A stretch of DNA of 32,000 nt from an uncultured Chloroflexia bacterium (GCA_963718915.1 CAVRAI010000006.1:90001-122000); one strand, 5' to 3'; positions 1 through 8,446 are shown, counted from the stretch's first letter. Made by a program: numbers and translations. The notes: generated from the sequence alone by a model not told the origin.

Positions 1-2
1 AG

Positions 3-125
3 GGCCTCAATCTCTCACTGGCCGAGCCGGGCGTCTACGACCTCATCTGCCTCCCGTTGCGCATCGTCGGCGGCGATGGCGCGCCCGCGCGGGCAATACT
101 CCGCCGGGTTGGCTCAGCATCGTGA
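3..125 (+). CDS. 3' end of a gene entering from upstream; C-terminus resembles cyclase-family / kynurenine (aryl)formamidase proteins
   Basis: Frame 3 is open from the window edge to TGA 123-125 and reads GLNLSLAEPGVYDLICLPLRIVGGDGAPARAILRRVGSAS. The LPL(K/R)I.GGDG.P.RA tail matches my recollection of cyclase/KynB-type C-termini. Only 40 aa are visible. Confidence 0.4.
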   Translation, partial: GLNLSLAEPGVYDLICLPLRIVGGDGAPARAILRRVGSAS

Positions 126-132
126 CCCAGTG

Positions 133-390
133 TTAGCTCCCCTGCTTCCAGTCTCGGAAGGTGTAGAGAAGCTGCTCCTTCGCGTCAGTGGGGATATCCT
201 GCTCCGCGAGCGAGCCGACAAGCAGGATGGTCTGACGCATCTGGTCGAGGTAACGGTGGCAGTCCGCGCATATGCCGAGATGGCGCTCGAAGCGCGCCTG
301 GTTCGCTGGGGACAGCGTTCCCTCCACATAGTCCGTGACCAGTTCGATGAGTTCCTGGCAACTCAAACGAGATGCATCGGGGTTTGCCAT
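133..390 (-). CDS. zinc-binding anti-sigma factor (ZAS, zf-HC2, RsrA-like), no adjacent sigma factor
   Basis: ORF 133..411. SCQELIELV...HLGICADCHRYL gives the C...H-x3-C-x2-C ZAS signature. ATG at 390, with GTG at 411 as an alternative start. Confidence 0.75.
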   Translation of the reverse strand: MANPDASRLSCQELIELVTDYVEGTLSPANQARFERHLGICADCHRYLDQMRQTILLVGSLAEQDIPTDAKEQLLYTFRDWKQGS

Positions 391-534
391 AGATAGCCCG
401 CTTTTCCGCACATTCGCGCGACGCTACCCGCGCTTGATAGAGAGGTTCTGGTGATTGGTCTCGGATAACGCCAGGATGTTACAAGACTTCGCGGGAATCT
501 TGTCTGGTGAGGCCAGGACGGGTGCGTGGACGAA

Positions 535-543
535 TGGTACAAT
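535..543 (+). promoter_or_regulatory. possible extended -10 promoter (TGgTACAAT) for the sensor kinase operon
   Basis: TGGTACAAT lies about 45 nt upstream of the ATG at 586. There is no good -35 element. Sequence inspection only. Confidence 0.3.
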
Positions 544-585
544 GGGTCGGTTTCGCGGCGCGTGTTTGTGAAAGGAGGTCACGTC

Positions 586-1911
586 ATGGCTCAGGCGCCC
601 GTTCCCGGACGGCTCGCGAGGCAGTTACGCTCGTGGAGATCGCGGATTGCCCTGTTCGACGAGCGTGCTGTGGTAACCAGCACAGGGGATATCCGTAGCT
701 TCACGTGGCCCGTGCTCGTCTTCTTTCTCGGCGCGTTGATTGTCACCGCCGTCCAGATGTGGCTAACCCTCAGCGCAGAGAATCACTCTCCACTGCTGTC
801 GGAACTCGTCTTTATCGCCAGCCTCGCCATCGCGGCCTGGGCGCGCGCTTTGCGACCTGTCTGGGGCATTATTGGCCTTTCCCTGCTGGCCATCGCGCTT
901 TGTGTCCTGCTCGATATGATGACCCACGCCGATTGGGGGAATATCGGACTGTACGTTGTCATTGTCACCGTTGTCTACCGCCTGCCGTTGCGCTTGAGTC
1001 TCCCGATCGCCGCGCTCTGCGCCCTGATCATTCTCATTTCTGAAGGACTGGTCGACCTGCTGCTTGGCAATGGGCGTGTCAATGGCGCAAATATTGTCAG
1101 TCAGGGGTTGATTATCGGCTTCGCGTTTGCCGCCTCGCTGTCGCAACGTAGTCGCCACCTGCTCATCAATCGGCTCGAGCGGGCGCAGGAGCGACTGCGC
1201 GATGAGATGGGGCGCACGGCGGAGCTTGCGGCGGCTCGCGAGCGCGCCCGCATTGCCCGCGATGTCCACGATGTGCTCGCCCATTCGCTGACGGTGCTCT
1301 CGGTGCAGGCGCAGGCGTTGCGACAACTCGTTCGTGATGACCCGGAGCGGGCGGCGGCGTTGCTCGACCAGATGGCAGAGGTGTTGCGTGAGAGCCAGGT
1401 GGAGAGTCGGCAGATCGTTGGGCTGTTACGCGAGACTATGCCAGAGGATGGTGGCGCGGCGAGTATCGCGACTGGTTTGCGCGTGACGGCGGAGCGCTTC
1501 GCAGAGCGCACGGGGATGCGCTGCACGCTGCATGAGTCTGGCAAGCCTGTCCACCTCTCTGCCCAACACGTCGAGACACTGCGGTTTGCCTTGCTGGAGG
1601 CTCTCACCAATGCCTATCGCCATGGCAAGGCAACAGAAGCTGAGGCGGAGATCGTATGGGAGAACACCGTCGTGCGGTTCTTGGTTCGCGATAACGGCGC
1701 TGGCGTGGCGTCGGTCACAGCGGGCGAGGGGCCGGGTAACGGATTGCGTGGGATGCGCGAGCGCGCCGAGGCGCTTGGAGGGTCGGTCGAAGTTGGGCCA
1801 CGAATAGACGGCGGTGGATTCGCTCTCAGCCTGACGCTACCACTCCACGCGGGGCAATCTGAGGCGCCAGCGGTTGATGTGAATCAGAAATTTGGAGACA
1901 AGATAGCATGA
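586..1911 (+). CDS. membrane sensor histidine kinase, NarL/DesK type (HisKA_3 + HATPase_c)
   Basis: AGGAGG lies 6 nt upstream of ATG 586. The N-terminus has multiple hydrophobic helices. H-box ARDVHDVLAHSLTVLSVQAQAL; N/G boxes EALTNAYRHG and DNGAG...GNGLRGMRERA. The stop overlaps the next start (ATGA). Confidence 0.9.
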   Translation: MAQAPVPGRLARQLRSWRSRIALFDERAVVTSTGDIRSFTWPVLVFFLGALIVTAVQMWLTLSAENHSPLLSELVFIASLAIAAWARALRPVWGIIGLSLLAIALCVLLDMMTHADWGNIGLYVVIVTVVYRLPLRLSLPIAALCALIILISEGLVDLLLGNGRVNGANIVSQGLIIGFAFAASLSQRSRHLLINRLERAQERLRDEMGRTAELAAARERARIARDVHDVLAHSLTVLSVQAQALRQLVRDDPERAAALLDQMAEVLRESQVESRQIVGLLRETMPEDGGAASIATGLRVTAERFAERTGMRCTLHESGKPVHLSAQHVETLRFALLEALTNAYRHGKATEAEAEIVWENTVVRFLVRDNGAGVASVTAGEGPGNGLRGMRERAEALGGSVEVGPRIDGGGFALSLTLPLHAGQSEAPAVDVNQKFGDKIA

Positions 1912-2591
1912 GCACAGACATGAATATGGAAAGGATTCGTGTGGCCCTGGCCGATGACCAGCGGCTGTTACGCGAGGGACTGCGCATCATCATCGAGGCG
2001 ACGCCCGATATGGTTCTGGTTGGCGAGGCGGAGAATGGCGAGGCGGCGACAGCGCTCGCTGCGGCGGAACAGCCTGATGTTCTGCTGATGGACATCCGTA
2101 TGCCACAATGCGACGGCATCGCGGCCACCGAAACGGTGCTACAGGTCTCGCCCCAGACGCGCGTGTTGTTGCTGACGACGTTCGATACGCCCGACCTTGT
2201 GATCGAAGGAATGCGGGCGGGAGCAGCTGGATATCTGCTCAAAGATTGCAGCGCCGAGGAGCTGCGCGCCGCCATTCGCGCCGTCGCGCGAGGCCAGGTG
2301 TTGCTTCAGACGCAGAGCGCGGCGCAATTGCTCGCGGGCATGCGGATACCAGAGCAGCCCGGCGGGCATGGGGAGGCCACAGACGGCTCACAACATGAGG
2401 CTGGCCTGACTGACCGCGAGCGTGACGTGCTGCGTCTGATCGCCCAGGGGCGCACCAATGCCGAAATCGCCGCCGATCTGTTTGTGAGCGAAGCCACCGT
2501 AAAAACACATGTTCACCACCTGCTCACGAAACTGGGCGCCCGCGACCGCGCCCATGCTATCGTGCTCGCCCGCCAGCGTGGTCTCTCCTAA
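1908..2591 (+). CDS. two-component response regulator, NarL/LuxR family (REC + GerE HTH)
   Basis: IRVALADDQ..LLMDIRMPQCDG receiver motifs. C-terminal LTDRERDVLRLIAQGRTNAEIAADLFVSEATVKTHVHHLLTKLG HTH. ATGA coupling to the kinase gene. Confidence 0.92.
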   Translation: MSTDMNMERIRVALADDQRLLREGLRIIIEATPDMVLVGEAENGEAATALAAAEQPDVLLMDIRMPQCDGIAATETVLQVSPQTRVLLLTTFDTPDLVIEGMRAGAAGYLLKDCSAEELRAAIRAVARGQVLLQTQSAAQLLAGMRIPEQPGGHGEATDGSQHEAGLTDRERDVLRLIAQGRTNAEIAADLFVSEATVKTHVHHLLTKLGARDRAHAIVLARQRGLS

Positions 2592-2771
2592 CGGCCCTCC
2601 ACTTCTTCTCCACCTCTCCACCCTGAGATGTAGACCTTTCCCCACGACAAATCGCCCGCCACTCCACCTGTGGGCCGACGCGCGCCGCATAGCTTCCCAC
2701 CTACACTTCTCAGCGACGCAGATGTAGTGCCCCAGTTTGGGCGTCTGCGAACCCTGAGAAGGAGTATTCAG

Positions 2772-5021
2772 ATGGAGTTGTTGCTCGAAAGGTGGGGGCG
2801 TCTCGTCGCCCGATTCCCACTGGTCATCCTCGCCGCGTGGATCGTTCTGGTCGTGGCGGCGTTCCACTTTGGGCCATCGCTTCAGGCGGTCGCCGAAGCG
2901 CAAAATATTCAGACATTGCCCAGTTCCGCGCCAAGTGTTCAGGCGGATCATCTCTATCGTACAAAGTTTGCGGATGGCCAACGCCAGAGCGCGGGTGAAA
3001 GTGACCTGCTCGTGCTGGCGGATGCGCATGGTATCTCCGGCGCTGATACTGCGCTCGCCGAGCGGATCGAAGCCTGGTTGACCTCGCCTGAAACGCGCCC
3101 GGCGCACCTGGCGAGTGTGACTGGCCCCGGCCCACAGGCTCCCGTCACGGCTTTCGAGAGTTCGGACGGCCAGGCATTGCGCATCGCCCTCACATGGGAT
3201 ACCACCAACGCTACGGCTCTCCAGCCATCGGTTGACGCGATAGACGCCCATCTGTCGCGGCTAGGCCTGCCTGCTGGCGTCACCGTTGGACTCGATGGCT
3301 CGTCGGCATTCAACCGCGACTTCATGGAGATGATCTTCGGCTCGTCGGGCGTTGGCGTGCTCTTTGGCGTGCTCATCATTTTGATTGTGCTCGGCTTCGT
3401 CTACCGCTCGCCGCTTGCCGCCATCGTGCCGCTCATCAGCACTGGCTTCGCATTCGCACTCTCGATACCGGTGATCGCGTGGCTTGGGCAGGTGTTTGGC
3501 CTGCCCGTCTCCACCTTCAGCCTCGAATACGTCGCCTTCATTCTGCTGGGCGCGGGGACAAACTATGGTGTCTTCATGCTCTCGCGGAACCGAGAGGAGA
3601 TACAACGCGGAACCGACGCGGGCAAGGTGGGGCGTCATCGTGCGCTGGGCCGCGCGGTAGGCCGCGTGGGTGAGGCTATCTCGTCGAGCGCCGCCACGGT
3701 TATTGTCGCGACGGCGATCATGGGGTTTGCCCAGCTCAGCCTGTTGCGCGTTACCGGCCCTGCCGTCGCCGTCGCCGTTGGCTGTCTGCTGCTCGCCGGT
3801 CTGACGCTGCTGCCAGCGCTCATGGCGCTGTGTGGCCCCGCGCTCTTCTGGCCAGCGCTGCCGCGCCCCGGCACGCTCAGTGTGTACCACGCTCCGCACC
3901 GTGGGATGTGGGCCGCTGCTGGCAGGCTCGTCACTCGACGCCCTGTGGTCGTCGCCGGATTGACCTTGCTCGTGCTGGCGCCGCTCGCTATATCCGCGCT
4001 GACCGCCGTGCCCTCATTCGACGAGTTACGCTCACTACCGTCAACTGCGCCATCACTCCAGGCGTTCCGCGCCTATCAGCGCCACTTCGACGATGTCGCC
4101 AGTGTGAATGTGTTCGTCAGCGCGCCAGGCCATGACCTGCGTTCCGAGACATACGCCAGCGCGATCAGCGTCCTTGACACAACACTTACGACTGTGCCAC
4201 ACGTCACGCGCGTTCTCGCGCCGACGCCTGCGTCGGCGCCATCGCAATGGGCGCACTTCTTCGCGACCGATGGGAGCGCCGTATACCTGACGCTCGACCT
4301 CAACATTGATCCCGACTCACAAGACGCTCAGCATACGATAGACGCCGCCTATACCGCCGCCGCGCGAGCGAATCGGGACACGCCGCTGGCTGGCGCCACC
4401 GTGTTTATCGATGGCGAGGCGTCGTTCGTACGCGATCAGGCACTGCAATTGGGCGCCGACTTCCGGCTCATCATTGCGCTGGTCTGCGTCGCGATTTACG
4501 TCATCCTGGCGCTGCTTGTGCGCAGCCTGACCGCGCCGCTGTATCTGCTCGGTACCATCGCGCTCTCGGCGGGTACAGCTATCGGCATGACGAATCTGAT
4601 TTTTCACGACATACTCGGACAGCCCCTGTTCTACCTCGTGCCGGTTCTTGCCTTCGTCTTTCTGGTCGCGCTCGGCGAAGATTTCAACATCCTGACGATG
4701 GCGCGGATACGCGAAGAAGTGGGGCAGCTTGGCCATCGTAAGGGTATCGCGGCGGCGGTCGCGCTGACCGGGGGCGTCGTCTCCTCCTGTGGGCTGGTGA
4801 TGGCGGCCAGTTTTGCCCGCATGATGGCCAACCCGGTGCTCGAGATCGCCGAGACGGGTTTCGCCATCCTCTTCGGCATCCTGGTGGATACCTTCGTCGT
4901 GCGCCCGCTGCTCGTTCCGGCGATTGCGACATTGTTGGGTCGCTGGAACTGGGTCTGGCCGGGCCGACGCCTCTCCGAAACCGCGAAAGCCGTCATCATC
5001 GCTCCGCCCATCGAGGCGTAG
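2772..5021 (+). CDS. MMPL-family (RND superfamily) membrane transporter
   Basis: GAAGGAG lies upstream of ATG 2772. The 749-aa protein has two blocks of 5-6 TM helices, each following a large extracytoplasmic domain. GEDFNILTMARIREE and similar MMPL-type motifs are present. Confidence 0.88.
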   Translation: MELLLERWGRLVARFPLVILAAWIVLVVAAFHFGPSLQAVAEAQNIQTLPSSAPSVQADHLYRTKFADGQRQSAGESDLLVLADAHGISGADTALAERIEAWLTSPETRPAHLASVTGPGPQAPVTAFESSDGQALRIALTWDTTNATALQPSVDAIDAHLSRLGLPAGVTVGLDGSSAFNRDFMEMIFGSSGVGVLFGVLIILIVLGFVYRSPLAAIVPLISTGFAFALSIPVIAWLGQVFGLPVSTFSLEYVAFILLGAGTNYGVFMLSRNREEIQRGTDAGKVGRHRALGRAVGRVGEAISSSAATVIVATAIMGFAQLSLLRVTGPAVAVAVGCLLLAGLTLLPALMALCGPALFWPALPRPGTLSVYHAPHRGMWAAAGRLVTRRPVVVAGLTLLVLAPLAISALTAVPSFDELRSLPSTAPSLQAFRAYQRHFDDVASVNVFVSAPGHDLRSETYASAISVLDTTLTTVPHVTRVLAPTPASAPSQWAHFFATDGSAVYLTLDLNIDPDSQDAQHTIDAAYTAAARANRDTPLAGATVFIDGEASFVRDQALQLGADFRLIIALVCVAIYVILALLVRSLTAPLYLLGTIALSAGTAIGMTNLIFHDILGQPLFYLVPVLAFVFLVALGEDFNILTMARIREEVGQLGHRKGIAAAVALTGGVVSSCGLVMAASFARMMANPVLEIAETGFAILFGILVDTFVVRPLLVPAIATLLGRWNWVWPGRRLSETAKAVIIAPPIEA

Positions 5022-5557
5022 TGACCTCAGAGAAAGCATTAGTCATGACTTCGCTACAGACCGAGCTTATCGCGCTGCTCGTGCTCGGCTACATGATCTA
5101 TCGCCAGTTTGTCACCCGTCAGGTGACGTGGCGTGACCTGTTGCTGCCGCTCATCGGAGCCGCCTATCTCGCCTACGCCTACCTTGGCCATCCGGGTAGT
5201 TCGACCGATGTCGTGATGGTCATTGGTGCGGCGCTTTTCGGCGTGGGTACTGGCCTGGCCAGCGCCACCGTCGTCACGATCTGGCGAGATAGCGCCACGA
5301 GTCTCGTCATGCAGCGCGGCGGCTGGAAATATCTGCTCGTGTTGCTGGGGCTTGTCGTCGTGCGATTTGCGCTGCGTATGGTTGCATATGCGCTCAAGCT
5401 GGACGTGAGCGAGACTGCGCTCAACGATGCGTTCATTGGCATGGCGGTCGGCAACTATGCTGGTCGCGCGGCGCTCGTGAGCATTCGGGCGCTGGCGTTG
5501 CTCGGCTGGGAACTGGGCGCGCTTCCCACCAGACGCGGTATTCGCTCCTCGCGGTAA
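5021..5557 (+). CDS. small integral membrane protein (possibly DUF1453/CcdC-like)
   Basis: Four to five hydrophobic helices. GTG 5021 overlaps the MMPL stop; ATG 5045 is an alternative start. The family assignment is from memory only. Confidence 0.6.
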   Translation: MTSEKALVMTSLQTELIALLVLGYMIYRQFVTRQVTWRDLLLPLIGAAYLAYAYLGHPGSSTDVVMVIGAALFGVGTGLASATVVTIWRDSATSLVMQRGGWKYLLVLLGLVVVRFALRMVAYALKLDVSETALNDAFIGMAVGNYAGRAALVSIRALALLGWELGALPTRRGIRSSR

Positions 5558-5583
5558 CGATCCGAAAACACCGTGCACTCGGC

Positions 5584-5613
5584 GAAATGTTGACACTAGC
5601 CTGTCAGCATTTC
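5584..5613 (+). terminator. terminator-like hairpin after the membrane-protein gene
   Basis: GAAATGTTGACA-CTAGCC-TGTCAGCATTTC: 12-bp stem with one mismatch and a 6-nt loop, 27 nt after the stop. There is no clear U-tract. It sits immediately 5' of the predicted IS left junction. Confidence 0.35.
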
Positions 5614-5640
5614 GCTGTTATCAACCCTTCGGTGTGAAGA

Positions 5641-5661
5641 CCCCTGCCTTCAGGCATGGGG
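5641..5661 (+). repeat. left-end (LE) imperfect palindrome CCCCTGCC-TTCA-GGCATGGGG
   Basis: Read directly. 8-bp stem with a bulged T. Same arms as the hairpin at 7007-7027. Confidence 0.85.
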
Positions 5662-5701
5662 ATGAAACGCCGTCAATGCCGTCAATGAAACGCCGTCAAT
5701 G
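5662..5701 (+). repeat. tandem repeat inside LE: ATGAAACGCCGTCAATG / CCGTCAATG / AAACGCCGTCAATG
   Basis: CCGTCAATG occurs three times (5670-5678, 5679-5687, 5693-5701). The 17-mer ATGAAACGCCGTCAATG occurs twice (5662-5678, 5685-5701). Confidence 0.9.
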
Positions 5702-5812
5702 ACGGCCACCACCCGACATCCCCTGACATCTACTCCCAAACGATCTGGGAGATCGGAAGCGCCTGCTGGTTCACAACTTGCGGACGGCCACGCCGTATGC
5801 TATCTTCACAGC

Positions 5813-6997
5813 ATGAAGCAGCCCCGCGCCTATCGCTATCGGTGTTACCCCACGCCCGCGCAAGTCGCTACCATGGCGCGAACGTTTGGCTGTGCGCGGT
5901 TCGTCTTCAACTGGGCGTTCCAGCTGCGGCGCGCCGCCTACCAGGAAAGGCAAGAACACCTCTCCTATCAGGACACCTCCGCCGCGCTGACGATCTTGAA
6001 GCAGCAGCCCGAAACCGCCTGGCTCACCGAGGTCTCCAGTGTCCCCTTGCAGCAGGCGTTACGCCATCTCGACACCGCGTTTCGTGGCTTCTTCGCCAAA
6101 CGTGTCAGGTATCCGCGCTTCAAGCAGAAACGGGGACGGCAGACCGCCACCTATGCTAGTAGCGCCTTTCGCTTCGAGGCGGCCACCCGCATGCTGACCC
6201 TGGCCAAAATGGAGGAGCCACTGGCCATCCGCTGGTCACGACCGTTGCCAAAGGGCGCGATGCCGACAACGGTGACGGTGAGCCGGGATGCGGCAGGCAG
6301 CTACTTCGTCTCGTTGCTGGTTGAGGAGGAGATTGCGTCCTTGCCTGCGGTGGAGACCGGGGGACAGGTGGGCATCGACCTGGGGCTGCATGACGTGATG
6401 GTCTTCGATTCGGGCGAGAAGGTGGGCAATCCCCACTTCTTCCAGCAGGAGGAAGCGAAGTTGGCCAGCGCCCAGCGGCGCCTCGCCAAGAAGCTGCGGG
6501 GCTCCCGCAACCGTGACAAGGCCCGGCGGAAGGTCGCGCGCATCCATGCCCGCATTGCGGACCGTCGTACCGACTTCCTGCACAAACTCTCGACCCGGCT
6601 GATCCGTGAGAACCAAACGATCTGCGTCGAGCGTCTGGCGGTAAAAGCGATGGGCAAGCATCCGACGTTAGCGAAAGCGATCCATGATGTCGGCTGGGGC
6701 GAGTTCATCCGCCTGCTGACGTACAAAGCGGCGTGGTATGGGCGAACGCTCGTCCAGATTGACCACTGGGAACCGAGTAGCAAGCGGTGTTCAGCGTGTG
6801 GCCAGGTGTTGGACACGCTGCCGCTGGACATGCGGGCGTGGGCATGCCCCAACCCGGACTGTGGCGCCGTCCATGATCGGGATGTCAATGCTGCCAAGAA
6901 TATTTTGGCCATGGGACTCACAGTGACAGCTTGTGGAGAGCCGGTAAGACCGGGAAGGGTTTCGGTTCGTCCAGCCCGCCCCGGCGCGGCTCGTTGA
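5813..6997 (+). CDS. tnpB: TnpB (IS200/IS605 OrfB; RuvC-like RNA-guided nuclease family)
   Basis: MKQPRAYRYRCYPTPAQ N-terminus typical of OrfB. RuvC triad candidates: GIDLG, ICVERL, HDRDVNAAKNI. Zinc ribbon CSACG...CPNPDCG. Typical ...ACGEPVRP tail. Confidence 0.93.
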   Translation: MKQPRAYRYRCYPTPAQVATMARTFGCARFVFNWAFQLRRAAYQERQEHLSYQDTSAALTILKQQPETAWLTEVSSVPLQQALRHLDTAFRGFFAKRVRYPRFKQKRGRQTATYASSAFRFEAATRMLTLAKMEEPLAIRWSRPLPKGAMPTTVTVSRDAAGSYFVSLLVEEEIASLPAVETGGQVGIDLGLHDVMVFDSGEKVGNPHFFQQEEAKLASAQRRLAKKLRGSRNRDKARRKVARIHARIADRRTDFLHKLSTRLIRENQTICVERLAVKAMGKHPTLAKAIHDVGWGEFIRLLTYKAAWYGRTLVQIDHWEPSSKRCSACGQVLDTLPLDMRAWACPNPDCGAVHDRDVNAAKNILAMGLTVTACGEPVRPGRVSVRPARPGAAR

Positions 6998-7056
6998 AGC
7001 AGGAATCCCCTGCCGAGAGGCATGGGGAGCAGTCAATATTGTATCCAGACATCAGG
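6880..7056 (+). ncRNA. predicted TnpB omega-RNA (reRNA): scaffold over the tnpB 3' end and RE, plus guide from the flank
   Basis: By analogy with characterised TnpB systems, where the RNA overlaps the tnpB 3' end and reads about 16-20 nt past the RE. The 5' limit is a guess. The 3' guide would be TATTGTATCCAGACATCAGG (7037-7056). Confidence 0.35.
7007..7027 (+). repeat. right-end (RE) imperfect palindrome CCCCTGCC-GAGA-GGCATGGGG
   Basis: Read directly. Arms are identical to the LE hairpin. Preceded by GAAT and followed by AGCAGTCAA. Confidence 0.85.
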
Positions 7057-7135
7057 CGAGGTTTCCGCGGGCAAACGAGAAGGGCGGCTCCCCACGATGT
7101 GCTCGCGGAGTACCGCCCTATCTCAGGGGAGCGTA

Positions 7136-7235
7136 TTAGCGCGCCTTGAACGTTGGTTTGCGTTTCTCCTGATAGGTGGCGATACCTTCCTTCGCGTCGT
7201 CGCTCTGGAAGCAGAGTTGCTGTAGTTCCCGCTCG
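7136..7235 (-). pseudogene. orphan 3'-terminal fragment (33 codons + stop) of an enoyl-CoA hydratase paralogue
   Basis: The reverse strand reads ...SERELQQLCFQSDDAKEGIATYQEKRKPTFKAR*, against ...IERELQQLCFQSEDAKEGIAAYQERRKPTFKARN* for the intact gene at 10060-10872. About 86% nt identity over 100 nt. Homology stops abruptly at 7235. Confidence 0.8.
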
Positions 7236-7343
7236 CTTCCTATGGGGCAATCTCCTTCTAAATTCGTCTCAGGAATGCACGGAAATGTTACAGTTCCTCT
7301 GGTACTCTCTGGCTGGCGTGCTCCTGGCGAGGAGGTCTATCGT

Positions 7344-7904
7344 ATGCGCATTGTGCGCGTGGGTCTTGGTGTATCAGCGCTTGCTGTCGCGATCATCGTG
7401 GTATATGGCTATCTCTTCGGCATGCAAAGCGCCCGCGCTCTGATCGCTCCTTCTGGCGGCTTGTTGGATTTCTATTATTTCGCCATTATCGCAATGGCTG
7501 CCGGGGCGTTGGCGGCGATCCTGGTCGTGCGCAGGGGGCTGAGCGCTCGGCCTGCCCTGGGAGGCGCAACAGGACAGGGCCTGGTGTACGGCGCGCTCAT
7601 GGGAGTGGTCACGGGTGGCCTGCTCGTCGTCTGGCAGATGCTTTTCGCCGTCATCGTCAATATCCTGATGGGCAAACCCGGACTCTTCTCAATTTTCTCC
7701 GGGAGTCCGCATGCCACCAACCCGCAGGTGGTGTTTATCGGCTCCTTTATAGATCTCTACCTCACCTTCGTCTACAGCCTCTTCGAGGGATTTGTAGCCT
7801 TCAGTGGGGGAGTGCTGGCGGGCGGCGCTACCGGCTTCCTCTACGGGCGATACGCACGAGCAACGTCGCGGCGTGGCATTGGACGGCCACTCGATACGGC
7901 TTGA
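7344..7904 (+). CDS. hypothetical integral membrane protein (4-5 TM)
   Basis: GAGGAGG lies 6 nt upstream of ATG 7344. Gly/Ala/Val-rich hydrophobic helices throughout. No family recognised. Confidence 0.65.
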   Translation: MRIVRVGLGVSALAVAIIVVYGYLFGMQSARALIAPSGGLLDFYYFAIIAMAAGALAAILVVRRGLSARPALGGATGQGLVYGALMGVVTGGLLVVWQMLFAVIVNILMGKPGLFSIFSGSPHATNPQVVFIGSFIDLYLTFVYSLFEGFVAFSGGVLAGGATGFLYGRYARATSRRGIGRPLDTA

Positions 7905-8096
7905 TGGGGAAAGATAGGAAAACAGCGAGGCTCGATGTGCTCCAGCCCCATGTTCGGCGGCAGAAGCGCCAGATGTCAGTGATAGCCTACCTCGCCGGGC
8001 ACGGCATGGCTATAGCATGGCTACGGTAGGGAGGAGAGGCGACAAGCGCCTCAGGGGTGGAGACGCTCGCCTGTTGTATTGAGACACAGCCAGAGT

Positions 8097-8375
8097 TTAG
8101 TGGCGGCCAAGGTTGTTCACGAAATCATCAACGGAGCGTACAACCCCTTGCAGGTATTGTTGACTATCTTGAAGTGAAGTAGATAGTTTGGTCAGGAGTT
8201 GCTGCCATTCATCCAGGCGTTCGGCCATAGCCAGATTTGGAACCCCTGCCAGCGCCTCACGTAGCGCGGCCACCTGCCGCTGCATGGTTGTAGCTTCCTG
8301 CTGAATCGTCTGGCTGCTGGTCTGGCAGCGGCTCGCGATACTCTGGATCTGGTCAACGTCAATATTAATCTTCAT
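8097..8375 (-). CDS. small helical-hairpin protein, WXG100 (ESAT-6-like) superfamily-like
   Basis: 92 aa. GGAGG lies 8 nt upstream of ATG 8375. MKINIDVDQIQSIASRCQ... start, two predicted helices, and a central turn ...AGVPNLAMAERLDEWQQ carrying a conserved W. The canonical W-x-G motif is not present. Confidence 0.6.
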   Translation of the reverse strand: MKINIDVDQIQSIASRCQTSSQTIQQEATTMQRQVAALREALAGVPNLAMAERLDEWQQLLTKLSTSLQDSQQYLQGVVRSVDDFVNNLGRH

Positions 8376-8446
8376 CAGAAGGACCTCCGTAACACCATTC
8401 GACTGCACCACGACTGCGCCACAACTTCATCGAGAGACAATGAGGC

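Larger units (their letters stand above)
5622..7036 (+). mobile_element. IS200/IS605-family element carrying only tnpB (IS1341-like, no tnpA)
   Basis: Matching subterminal hairpins at both ends, tnpB in between, and IS608-like spacing of the candidate cleavage tetranucleotides (TTAT 5618-5621, TCAA 7033-7036). The boundaries are inferred, not proven. Confidence 0.7.

Noticed and set aside
76-396. 106-aa plus-strand ORF
   Set aside because: It is the mirror frame of the anti-sigma factor gene, which carries a clear HxxxCxxC motif on the minus strand.
2388-3251. 287-aa minus-strand ORF, and the similar long minus-strand ORFs 3261-3899 and 4317-5039
   Set aside because: They overlap the response regulator and MMPL genes on the opposite strand. 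Their composition is not protein-like and they have no start context.
5699-5812. 38-codon N-terminal extension of the TnpB ORF given in the ORF track
   Set aside because: TnpB/OrfB proteins typically begin with the M..(R/K)AY(K/R)YR motif, found here at ATG 5813. The extension covers the IS left-end repeats and is probably just open frame.
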